This document shows, piece by piece, positions 38,968-45,821 of a stretch of DNA of 64,000 bases. The notes beneath the pieces were generated by a model. It was not told where the DNA came from. It ran no database searches and was given only the letters and a program-made list of their open reading frames with translations. Location: IMG/VR virus record IMGVR_UViG_3300037466_002533, positions 1-64,000 of that record; one strand, written 5' to 3'. Made by a program: the position numbers and the translations under genes. Position 1 is the first letter of the stretch; each line of letters opens with the position of its first letter. The DNA comes from a virus (taxonomy: Duplodnaviria; Caudoviricetes).

Positions 38968-39053
38968 TAGTGCACGGTGCTCTATCCCCTGAGCTACATC
39001 GCGTCCCATGAGGGATAGCAGGCACGGATTCGAACCGTGCGACCTCCGCGCCG
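38968..39053 (-). ncRNA. circularly permuted tRNA mimic (T arm, capped acceptor region, D arm)
   Basis: CGCGG AGGTC GCACGG TTCGAAT CCGTGC ... TCCC TCAT GGGA ... TA GCTC AGGGGATA GAGC A CCGTG; CCGTG pairs with CGCGG. Confidence 0.7.
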
Positions 39054-39125
39054 AGCCCATGCCGAGATTCGAACTCGGTCTTCCATCGTACCAGGATGGC
39101 GTACCACCAGTAATACTTCACGGGC
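39054..39125 (-). tRNA. tRNA-Thr(GGT)
   Basis: cloverleaf, loop CT-GGT-AC. Confidence 0.88.
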
Positions 39126-39273
39126 CTGCCCCTCTTCGCCCACCCGCTTCCAGGCGCGATGGCGACGATGTCCGACGCGGCTCCTGGACGGCTCATCCGA
39201 GCCAGACGCATCGGTGGATTGGTCGGGGACTCAACCCTCTGGGGTACACTACGGTTGCCGTGCGAGCCCATAG

Positions 39274-39347
39274 TCAGCCACCCGCGAGTCGAACGCGGTA
39301 TCTCTGCAATCCCGATGCAGCGGATTATGCCGTTTTCCCAGTGGCTG
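39274..39347 (-). tRNA. tRNA-Pro(GGG)
   Basis: cloverleaf, loop TC-GGG-AT (C at 33). Confidence 0.75.
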
Positions 39348-39363
39348 GTATTCAGTTATAGCG

Positions 39364-39437
39364 TCGGGATGGCAGGAGTTGAACCTGCTATCTTCCGGAT
39401 CCGAACCGGACGGATTATGCCGTTTTCCCACATCCCG
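39364..39437 (-). tRNA. tRNA-Pro(CGG)
   Basis: cloverleaf, loop TT-CGG-AT. Confidence 0.88.
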
Positions 39438-39521
39438 TTAGCCCGAGGTTTGTCTGGATGGCTTACATCCACCGGCCGCGCCGGAGGGTCATCGCCGCTT
39501 CGCGATCCTCGGATCCCTTCG

Positions 39522-39594
39522 TCGGGGAGGTGGGACTCGAACCCACGTTCTCCTGCCTCCAAAGCAGGCGGCCTTGCCGCTGGCCTACACCCCG
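39522..39594 (-). tRNA. tRNA-Pro(TGG)
   Basis: cloverleaf, loop TT-TGG-AG. Confidence 0.92.
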
Positions 39595-39694
39595 TTAGCC
39601 AGATCCCTGCTAGAGGAGCTGGGTTTCGCCTTAGGTCCGGTCTAGCAGTACGCGCCGGGTTTCAAGCCTCGGCCGCAACCGAACCACGGCTACG

Positions 39695-39769
39695 TGCCCC
39701 CGGCACGATTCGAACGTGCGACCCACTACTTAAAAGGAAGCTGCTCTGGCCAGACTGAGCTACGGAGGC
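39695..39769 (-). tRNA. tRNA-Lys(TTT)
   Basis: cloverleaf, loop CT-TTT-AA. Confidence 0.9.
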
Positions 39770-39785
39770 ATATTAAGTTGTAACG

Positions 39786-39859
39786 CTCCGGTAGAAGGGT
39801 TCGAACCTACAACTTCCTCCTTAACAGGGAGGCACTCTGCCTAGTTGAGTTATACCGGA
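39786..39859 (-). tRNA. tRNA-Asn(GTT)
   Basis: cloverleaf, loop CT-GTT-AA. Confidence 0.92.
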
Positions 39860-39873
39860 ATAACGGTACTGCG

Positions 39874-39947
39874 CCCACCTGGTTCGATTCGAACGAACGA
39901 CATACCCGGCTTCAACGGGTCCCTCTCCCAGACTGAGGTACAGGTGG
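39874..39947 (-). tRNA. tRNA-Phe(GAA)
   Basis: cloverleaf, loop TT-GAA-GC, G73. Confidence 0.85.
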
Positions 39948-40046
39948 TTAGATGTTCACTTATTACATCAACATCTTCTTTAGTGACTTAGGCTGAACCC
40001 CCCAGACGCCAGCTCCTCTATGCGTCTATCTATATCGACTGCCACG

Positions 40047-40132
40047 CGGAAAGCTGAGGTCACGATCCCCAGCCGGTCTCCCGGCCCAACTCTTTAGCAA
40101 AGAGCGCCCACGCCCTGGTGGGTTAACCTTCC
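40047..40132 (-). tRNA. tRNA-Ser(GCT), T loop ATCGTGA
   Basis: long variable arm, loop TT-GCT-AA, G73. Confidence 0.8.
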
Positions 40133-40176
40133 ATGTCAGAAGTTTACCACTTTCGGTAAACTTCCGTCAACTCTAT

Positions 40177-40398
40177 TTAGTTGTCACCGCCGTCTTCGGC
40201 TACGGGGATGGAGATCTTGATATTCAGCCTGTCCTCGGAGTCTCGCCAGACCTCGATCTCCATCTCGTCCAGGACAGGGGTTAGGTCCTCGGAGTCCACC
40301 CTGCTAGCCACTGCGGCCAGGGTCCGGACGATCGCCTCGAACCAATGGTCCTGCTTGTCCTGCTGCAGGACGGAGTGGGCTCTAACCATTGACGCCAT
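40177..40398 (-). CDS. hypothetical protein (73 aa) inside tRNA array
   Basis: ORF filling the gap between tRNAs. Confidence 0.55.
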   Translation of the reverse strand: MASMVRAHSVLQQDKQDHWFEAIVRTLAAVASRVDSEDLTPVLDEMEIEVWRDSEDRLNIKISIPVAEDGGDN

Positions 40399-40421
40399 AT
40401 TAAGTTTCCTTAGTTTTCACG

Positions 40422-40492
40422 AGGGGATGACGAGAATCGAACTCGCGTATTCAGTTTGGAAGACTGACGCTCTACCGTTGAGCTACATCCCC
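40422..40492 (-). tRNA. tRNA-Gly(TCC)
   Basis: cloverleaf, loop CT-TCC-AA. Confidence 0.93.
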
Positions 40493-40630
40493 ATGCTAGC
40501 TGCGTCGATCGACATACGTTCCGCCACCACGGCGGTCGCCACGCCAACCTGCACGCTAGGTGCTGCATCCATAGCCGCCGCCAGTGAATGGGTGGTTGGG
40601 CCGTCCAGTCAGCGGTACACATGGATCGCG

Positions 40631-40702
40631 AGGCCCCGACGTGATTCGAACACGCACATAACAGGGTTGCAGCCTGCTGCCTTACCATTCAGCCACGGGA
40701 CC
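40631..40702 (-). tRNA. tRNA-Cys(GCA)
   Basis: cloverleaf, loop CT-GCA-AC, U73. Confidence 0.92.
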
Positions 40703-40731
40703 ATCATCTAACTATTAAGTTGTACTCGCAC

Positions 40732-40748
40732 ATCATACCATATCTCTT
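40732..40748 (-). promoter_or_regulatory. AAGAGATA-N3-TANNNT promoter in tRNA array
   Basis: minus strand AAGAGATA TGG TATGAT. Confidence 0.5.
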
Positions 40749-40750
40749 TG

Positions 40751-40825
40751 TACCCCAGCCAGGGCTCGAACCTGGACCTTTCGGTTTTTAAGACCGTGCC
40801 ATACTACCAGTTGGGCTACTGGGGC
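40751..40825 (-). tRNA. tRNA-Leu(TAA), short variable loop
   Basis: loop CT-TAA-AA, A73. Confidence 0.8.
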
Positions 40826-40826
40826 G

Positions 40827-40910
40827 CGGAGGCCGGAGGGCACGATCCCCTGCGACTGAACGCTCAACCCGCTTCGAACGGGCGCCTGCCACCTGGCAGA
40901 TTCAGCCTCC
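40827..40910 (-). tRNA. tRNA-Ser(CGA), T loop ATCGTGC
   Basis: long variable arm, loop TT-CGA-AG, G73. Confidence 0.78.
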
Positions 40911-40911
40911 A

Positions 40912-40997
40912 TGGCGGAAAGGCGGAGAATTGAACTCCACGGCTGTTAGACCGCGCTGACTTTCCAGATCAGCTCCGGGACCACCCGGTGCCCTTCC
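40912..40997 (-). tRNA. tRNA-Ser(GGA), CCA encoded
   Basis: long variable arm, loop CT-GGA-AA. Confidence 0.85.
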
Positions 40998-40998
40998 G

Positions 40999-41081
40999 AG
41001 GAGGGTAACAGTAACGATCTGTCAGGCTTGCACCTGGCCGAGTTTTCAAGACTCGCAGCCGGACCTCCGGCACTACCCTCC
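40999..41081 (-). tRNA. tRNA-Ser(TGA), T loop ATCGTTA
   Basis: long variable arm, loop CT-TGA-AA, U73. Confidence 0.75.
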
Positions 41082-41086
41082 GAGCG

Positions 41087-41160
41087 TACTCCTGGCCGGA
41101 TTCGAACCGGCACTGGACGGGACTTGAGACCGTTGCCGCTGCCAATTGGGCTACAGGAGC
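41087..41160 (-). tRNA. tRNA-Leu(CAA), short variable loop
   Basis: loop CT-CAA-GT, A73. Confidence 0.85.
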
Positions 41161-41171
41161 ATTACTGGAAT

Positions 41172-41265
41172 GCCATGTCGGCTCTCACCCGGGTCGAACG
41201 GGCTCCGCCTTGATCAGGGACGAATCGGGAGGGATCAGCTCCACAGCCTAGCTCGCCGACATAGC
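41172..41265 (-). ncRNA. tRNA-like cloverleaf without a normal anticodon loop
   Basis: 11-bp closing stem, AGCT/AGCT arm, TGATC/GATCA arm with 17-nt loop, GCCCG-TTCGACC-CGGGT T arm. Confidence 0.5.
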
Positions 41266-41271
41266 ACGCCG

Positions 41272-41347
41272 TACTCACGGAGGGATTCGAACCCACAACG
41301 CACCGGATCTGAGCCGGAGTCCTCTGCCAAAATTGGGATACGTGAGC
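41272..41347 (-). tRNA. tRNA-Leu(CAG), short variable loop
   Basis: loop CT-CAG-AT, A73. Confidence 0.88.
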
Positions 41348-41370
41348 ATGTTCAGTTCTTGTACTACAAG

Positions 41371-41443
41371 TGCCGCAGACGGGGGTCGAACCCGCATCAT
41401 CCACCTTGAAAGGGTGGCGCCCTGACCATTAGACCACTGCGAC
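41371..41443 (-). tRNA. tRNA-Glu(TTC)
   Basis: cloverleaf, loop CT-TTC-AA. Confidence 0.9.
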
Positions 41444-41444
41444 G

Positions 41445-41517
41445 TACCCCAGGAGGGAATTGAACCCCCGACAGGTTGGATATAAGCCAACTGCTCTCAC
41501 CACTGAGCTACTGGGGC
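41445..41517 (-). tRNA. tRNA-Ile(TAT)
   Basis: cloverleaf, loop CT-TAT-AT, A73. Confidence 0.88.
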
Positions 41518-41673
41518 AAGACGTGCCCGGCGGGATCCATACCGGTCGGGCAAACGCTGCGTCGTCACGGAGGCTACCCGATGAAACGACTGGACCTGCA
41601 GCGACGGACTATCTCCAGCCTTATCCGTCCATGATTAGCTTGGCCCGGAAGCCATCCCGGGTTGCATCTGGAG

Positions 41674-41748
41674 TACTCTCGGAAGGATTTGAACCTTCGC
41701 ATCCCACCTTATCAGGGTGGTGCCTTAACCGGACTTGGCCACGAGAGC
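41674..41748 (-). tRNA. tRNA-Ile(GAT)
   Basis: cloverleaf, loop CT-GAT-AA. Confidence 0.92.
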
Positions 41749-41753
41749 TTGCG

Positions 41754-41826
41754 TACTCCGAGAGGGACTCGAACCCTCGACCCACCGATTAAGAGTCGGT
41801 TGCCTCTGCCGCTGAGCTACCGGAGC
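41754..41826 (-). tRNA. tRNA-Lys(CTT)
   Basis: cloverleaf, loop CT-CTT-AA. Confidence 0.92.
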
Positions 41827-41844
41827 ATGTTCAGTTGTCCTACG

Positions 41845-41918
41845 AGGGGTAGACGGGGTTCGAACCCGCGACCTTCACCTTGGCAAGGTGACGCGCTGAC
41901 CAACTGCGCTACTACCCC
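41845..41918 (-). tRNA. tRNA-Gly(GCC)
   Basis: cloverleaf, loop TT-GCC-AA. Confidence 0.95.
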
Positions 41919-42044
41919 AGTGCAGCCCAAGGGGAGATTCTCGACGCTCACCACGCCATGTGACCATGCGGAGCTGGCCTGGGGCCAGGAGCTGGTCTCG
42001 GCATCGCAGGGAGCTACCCTGATACCGACGTTCAAGGACTGTCG

Positions 42045-42113
42045 AGCCCCCCGAGCGAGTCGAACGCTCCTGCCGAGATTCGTAGTCTCAGCGATGGATC
42101 CGCCATGGAAGGC
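42045..42113 (-). tRNA. tRNA-Arg(ACG), reduced D arm
   Basis: loop CT-ACG-AA, T loop TTCGACT, 69 nt. Confidence 0.72.
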
Positions 42114-42119
42114 ATGTCG

Positions 42120-42338
42120 CTAGAAGGTCTCTAGCTGCTGCTCCGGTAATCTTACTACAGTGATATGACGTTGTCTAGTGCTTATCTCATCCCCGTGAAC
42201 CTGGATCTTGACATTGCCCAGCTCGTCGGTGTCTACGCCGTGAACTCGCCAGTCCTGGTCCCATACCTTGAGGCCGTCGCCGGTCTTCACCCTGCAAGCC
42301 TTCTTGAGCCGTGTCCGTCCCATGTACATGCCGGGCAT
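42120..42338 (-). CDS. hypothetical protein (about 70 aa)
   Basis: ORF filling the gap between tRNAs. Confidence 0.5.
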   Translation of the reverse strand: MPGMYMGRTRLKKACRVKTGDGLKVWDQDWRVHGVDTDELGNVKIQVHGDEISTRQRHITVVRLPEQQLETF

Positions 42339-42385
42339 TGTACCACACCTACCTATTGGTGGCTCCCAAGGGTAGGCACCCTACG

Positions 42386-42455
42386 TACCCGCACTGAGAG
42401 TCGAACTCAGCAACCGAACCTTCGGAGGGTTCGGCGCGCATCCGGCGCTACGGGT
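42386..42455 (-). tRNA. tRNA-Arg(CCG), atypical (no 8-9 connector, 7-bp anticodon stem)
   Basis: ACCCGTA GCGC CGGAT GCGC G CCGAACC CT-CCG-AA GGTTCGG TTG CTGAG TTCGACT CTCAG TGCGGGT A. Confidence 0.7.
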
Positions 42456-42456
42456 C

Positions 42457-42533
42457 TGGCGCCCCAGGCAGGATTCGAACCCGCATCGTCCGTTACGGCT
42501 GAACTGCTTAGAAGACAGTGCCGGTACTGGGGC
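42457..42533 (-). tRNA. tRNA-Arg(TCT), D-armless with long variable arm, CCA encoded
   Basis: GCCCCAG TACCGGC ACTGT CT-TCT-AA GCAGT [18 nt] GCGGG TTCGAAT CCTGC CTGGGGC G CCA. Confidence 0.7.
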
Positions 42534-42538
42534 CAGCG

Positions 42539-42610
42539 TCTCCCAGGAGGGATTCGAACCCCCAACCTAGACGTTAGGACCGTCTTGCTCTTCCGTTGAG
42601 CTACTAGGAG
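42539..42610 (-). tRNA. tRNA-Arg(CCT)
   Basis: cloverleaf, loop GT-CCT-AA. Confidence 0.88.
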
Positions 42611-42617
42611 ATATGAT

Positions 42618-42827
42618 CTACTTGCGGAGCACTATGGCCGCGAAGATCACGACCACGATGGTCAAAACCAGGGCCAGTGCGAATGCTCCCCAGAGCGGGG
42701 CAGTCACCCACCACCAGGACCAGGAGATCACACCGACCAGCTTCAGGACGAGGAACACCACGAAGAGGACGAACCCAACCCCCATGGGCTGAGAGTTGAC
42801 CTTGACCGATATTTCTCCGCTGAACAT
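42618..42827 (-). CDS. small two-TM membrane protein
   Basis: VLFVVFLVLKLVGVISWSWWWVTAPLWG. Confidence 0.75.
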   Translation of the reverse strand: MFSGEISVKVNSQPMGVGFVLFVVFLVLKLVGVISWSWWWVTAPLWGAFALALVLTIVVVIFAAIVLRK

Positions 42828-42852
42828 CTTTCCCTTTTCCTTCTCTTGAGAG

Positions 42853-42927
42853 TGCTCTCGAAGCGATTCGAACGCTCACTGTCAACGATCTCGGCGTTGT
42901 CCCTCTGCCAGATTGGGGTACGAGAGC
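42853..42927 (-). tRNA. tRNA-Leu(GAG), short variable loop
   Basis: loop CC-GAG-AT, A73. Confidence 0.85.
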
Positions 42928-42942
42928 CAGGTTTTCAGTTAT

Positions 42943-43110
42943 TCACCATCGAGACATGGCGTCGAGGTATTCCTCTCGGCCGCACGGAGGGCAGTATACC
43001 ACATAGTTGTACGGTGCGTCGGCGACTTTCTGGGCCTCCTCCGGAGCGAGTTCCCGCAGGACCTTGCCGCAGGACTGGCACTCCAGAACGGCCACCATCA
43101 TCTGGGCCAT
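42943..43110 (-). CDS. small zinc-ribbon protein (55 aa)
   Basis: GGAGG RBS, CQSC...CPPC. Confidence 0.65.
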   Translation of the reverse strand: MAQMMVAVLECQSCGKVLRELAPEEAQKVADAPYNYVVYCPPCGREEYLDAMSRW

Positions 43111-43314
43111 GGGGCACCTCCACTCTTGTTGTGGCACGGCAGATTCGCTTCTCGCGGGGTCTCCCCTTGTGGGAGAGAATGCCCAATCCACTTCACCGTG
43201 CCCGGCTCTTTCGCCGTCTGCCACTTGAGTTCGTAGACTGACTACATCCGGCTGGCTAGACCGGACCAAGCCATTCCGATGGCCTGATACCCAAAGGGGC
43301 CTAGTTGCGCCCCG

Positions 43315-43388
43315 TGCTCCCGAGGCGATTCGAACGCCCACTGGCCAGGATCTAAGCCTGGTGCCTCTGCCAATTGGGCTACGGGAGC
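43315..43388 (-). tRNA. tRNA-Leu(TAG), short variable loop
   Basis: loop CT-TAG-AT, A73. Confidence 0.9.
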
Positions 43389-43394
43389 TTTCGT

Positions 43395-43637
43395 TCAGAC
43401 CAGGACGGACTCGGCCAGGGACCTCTGGAACTTGCGCTGCGAGTCCCGGAGGTTGCGCTTGCCGTCGACGTTCCAGCGGGGCCCGACCGGGATGAAGTTT
43501 CCGGTCTTGAGGACAATGACACCGTAGTGCGATCCTCGTGGGCGACTCTTCTGGACGTGAGCTTCTGACCTGAACTTGATATGCTCGCCACGCTTGGTAC
43601 GGGCGACCCAGATGACATCCTTGATCTTGGCGGACAT
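43395..43637 (-). CDS. basic hypothetical protein (80 aa)
   Basis: AGGAG RBS, ORF. Confidence 0.6.
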   Translation of the reverse strand: MSAKIKDVIWVARTKRGEHIKFRSEAHVQKSRPRGSHYGVIVLKTGNFIPVGPRWNVDGKRNLRDSQRKFQRSLAESVLV

Positions 43638-43690
43638 TTGAAGGTCTCCTCATTCGTTGTGTCCGGCTTTCTTACCCGGATCCTACGATG

Positions 43691-43707
43691 AGTGTATCCT
43701 ATCTTTT
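43691..43707 (-). promoter_or_regulatory. AAAAGATA-N3-TANNNT promoter
   Basis: minus strand AAAAGATA GGA TACACT. Confidence 0.6.
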
Positions 43708-43719
43708 TCATCGATCCAA

Positions 43720-44031
43720 CTAGGCGTGAGACAGCTCGTGAGCCTCCAGGTCGGTGGGGTCCAGGTCGACCCGGGCCTTCTGTTTGCCCCCGGACCAGCT
43801 CAACACGATGCGGATGGGGCACTCCACCTGAGCCCCGCACGTCAGACAGTTGATGAGCACGAAAGTCTTTGGTGCACGGTCCATCTCGGGCTTCAGAACC
43901 AGGGCGTAGTGGGCGGCGAAGATGCTGCGATAGTCCTGGTTGTCCTCGGACTTGCTCTTACGCCACTGCGACCCTGCCCAGAACGCCAGGACGGACAAGA
44001 GGACCATGAACACGGCTAGCGTCGGGATCAA
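43720..44031 (-). CDS. membrane-anchored protein with CLTC motif
   Basis: N-terminal hydrophobic helix. Confidence 0.6.
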   Translation of the reverse strand: MIPTLAVFMVLLSVLAFWAGSQWRKSKSEDNQDYRSIFAAHYALVLKPEMDRAPKTFVLINCLTCGAQVECPIRIVLSWSGGKQKARVDLDPTDLEAHELSHA

Positions 44032-44038
44032 AGCGATA

Positions 44039-44086
44039 CCCCCTCGGCTACAGGATTCCTATTTATTAGGCCTGCAGCCGAGGGGG
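44039..44086. terminator. strong hairpin downstream of the Ro gene
   Basis: CCCCCTCGGCT(A)CAGG...CCTG(C)AGCCGAGGGGG. Confidence 0.5.
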
Positions 44087-44139
44087 CTCGTATTAGCTGG
44101 TACGGCTATTGTACCCTCATACGGTACGATAGCCGACGA

Positions 44140-45801
44140 TCAGGACTCCCAGGGCCAGCTTCCGAATCCAGCCGCCTCGATGTTCTGCATCATGGCGAAC
44201 GCCGAGTCGGTCAAGCCTCCGACCGCGTAGAAGTTCCCGCGACCCTGCGGCGCATGAGCCGCCTGGTACCCGGCGACGTTGAACGTGAAGGTCGTGACAT
44301 CGGCGGGAACCACGTCCGGCAGGGACTTGCCGTAGTAGTCGGCCTGCTCGTCGGTGACGATCACCAACCGGTTGACGGCGCCTCGGAACCGACGCAGCAA
44401 CGTCTCGGCGACCTGAACGGTCCTGGTGCCTCCGGCGATGGGTAGCTCCTTGTAGAACCTCTGAATGTTGGACAGCAGCGAGGCGCTGTAGTCCACCGTG
44501 AACGGATCAGACCGGTCGTCGTAGGCGAACACCACGGCGTTCTCCGCACGCAGCGCCAGGGCCAGGCCGAAGGCCACTGCGTTGTCGTACCGGCTCACGG
44601 TTGAGTTGCCCGAAAGGAGGTCACTCATCGATCCGGAACGGTCGATCATCACCAGGGTGTCACCGGACAGCTCCGGCACCGAGCGCAGGGAGATGTCCAG
44701 GGCCTTGGACAGTGCTGGCTCCCACAGCTTGCGGTACTTGGGCTGTACGGCCTCCGACACAGTCCGGAGTCCGTAGTACCCGGCGGGCTGCGGAGCGACG
44801 GCGCGGTACGCGGACAGGAACCGCAGCGGGAGCTGCCTGGACGACAGCACCGCCTCCTCATCAGCGATCTTCTCGGCCACGAACTTGGCGTAGGAGTCCG
44901 AGATTCCGGCCTTTGCGAAGTTGCGGAGGTTGCGGATCAGCGCCATGTACCCCATGTTCGGGATCACGGACTCCCAGAAGGTCGCGGTCAACTCACCACC
45001 GAACCAGGATGCCAGGGACTCCCAGGTGTGTCCGGCGAGCCGGGCGGCATCCGGGTGATCCTTCAGGAACGCCTCACGTTCCTCCCGAGGGATGTCCGCC
45101 ATGACCTGGCGGTCGACCAGCGTCGTTAATCCCTGGTATCTGGATAGGTCGACGTTGTCGTATCGGCGATCCTGCGCGTAGGCGAAAACCGCTGCCTTGT
45201 AGGGGCTGTCGGTAGTGTCGACCTGAGACAGGGAGATGACGTCGCCGAAACGGATTGCGGCGCCCTGAGAGTCGTACTTCAGGACCGACTTCTCGTTGTA
45301 CAGGGCCTTCGCGGCATCACCCAGGGCGCGCTTGAACCACTTGGGCAACGGCTTGCCGTAGTTGGCCAGCCAATAGCCCAGGGCCTCGCTCGGCTCGTCG
45401 GCGCGCTGCAGCACGGAGCGTAGCACGGCACGAGGGGTGAGGCTGTCGAACGGAGCACGCCCGCTGACCGTCCGGCCATACTCGATGGCGCCGGTGATCG
45501 CGGCGGTGCGGATGTTCCCGCTGGTGCGCAGCCAGGAGAGGAAGTTGGCCACCCACTCCGGGTCGGCCTTTGCCACGGAGCGAATCAACTCGACGTAGCG
45601 GCTGTCGCGAGCCTCGGCGGACTCGTAATAGGTATCCTGGCCGGTGAAGTTGGTGACCCCCAGGAGGAACAGGGCGGACTTCTCGGCGTACGCGAATCCC
45701 TTGCCGCCGTTGCCGGTCGGCACGTCGGACTTCGGGGACGCGGTCAGCACCGAGGTGTTGCCACTCGGCGCGGTGCGCACGTTCTTGGTGAAGCGAGCCA
45801 C
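44140..45801 (-). CDS. rsr: Ro60/TROVE-domain RNA-binding protein with vWA domain
   Basis: GNIRTAAI, YDSQG, GYMALIRNLRN, SRQLPLRFLSAY TROVE motifs; IDRSGSMS and IVTDEQ vWA MIDAS; start reset to GTG 45801 after GGAGG. Confidence 0.92.
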   Translation of the reverse strand: MARFTKNVRTAPSGNTSVLTASPKSDVPTGNGGKGFAYAEKSALFLLGVTNFTGQDTYYESAEARDSRYVELIRSVAKADPEWVANFLSWLRTSGNIRTAAITGAIEYGRTVSGRAPFDSLTPRAVLRSVLQRADEPSEALGYWLANYGKPLPKWFKRALGDAAKALYNEKSVLKYDSQGAAIRFGDVISLSQVDTTDSPYKAAVFAYAQDRRYDNVDLSRYQGLTTLVDRQVMADIPREEREAFLKDHPDAARLAGHTWESLASWFGGELTATFWESVIPNMGYMALIRNLRNFAKAGISDSYAKFVAEKIADEEAVLSSRQLPLRFLSAYRAVAPQPAGYYGLRTVSEAVQPKYRKLWEPALSKALDISLRSVPELSGDTLVMIDRSGSMSDLLSGNSTVSRYDNAVAFGLALALRAENAVVFAYDDRSDPFTVDYSASLLSNIQRFYKELPIAGGTRTVQVAETLLRRFRGAVNRLVIVTDEQADYYGKSLPDVVPADVTTFTFNVAGYQAAHAPQGRGNFYAVGGLTDSAFAMMQNIEAAGFGSWPWES

Positions 45802-45821
45802 GATGTTCCTCCACTGGGTTG

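Noticed and set aside
39596-39690. Hammerhead ribozyme
   Set aside because: GGCGAAAC is present but the CUGANGA core is missing
38876-42599. ORFs of 60-200 aa across the tRNA array
   Set aside because: They overlap clear tRNA cloverleaves and have no RBS or motifs
42943-43653. 236-aa ORF
   Set aside because: Crosses tRNA-Leu(TAG) and another gene; only the last 55 codons have an RBS and motif
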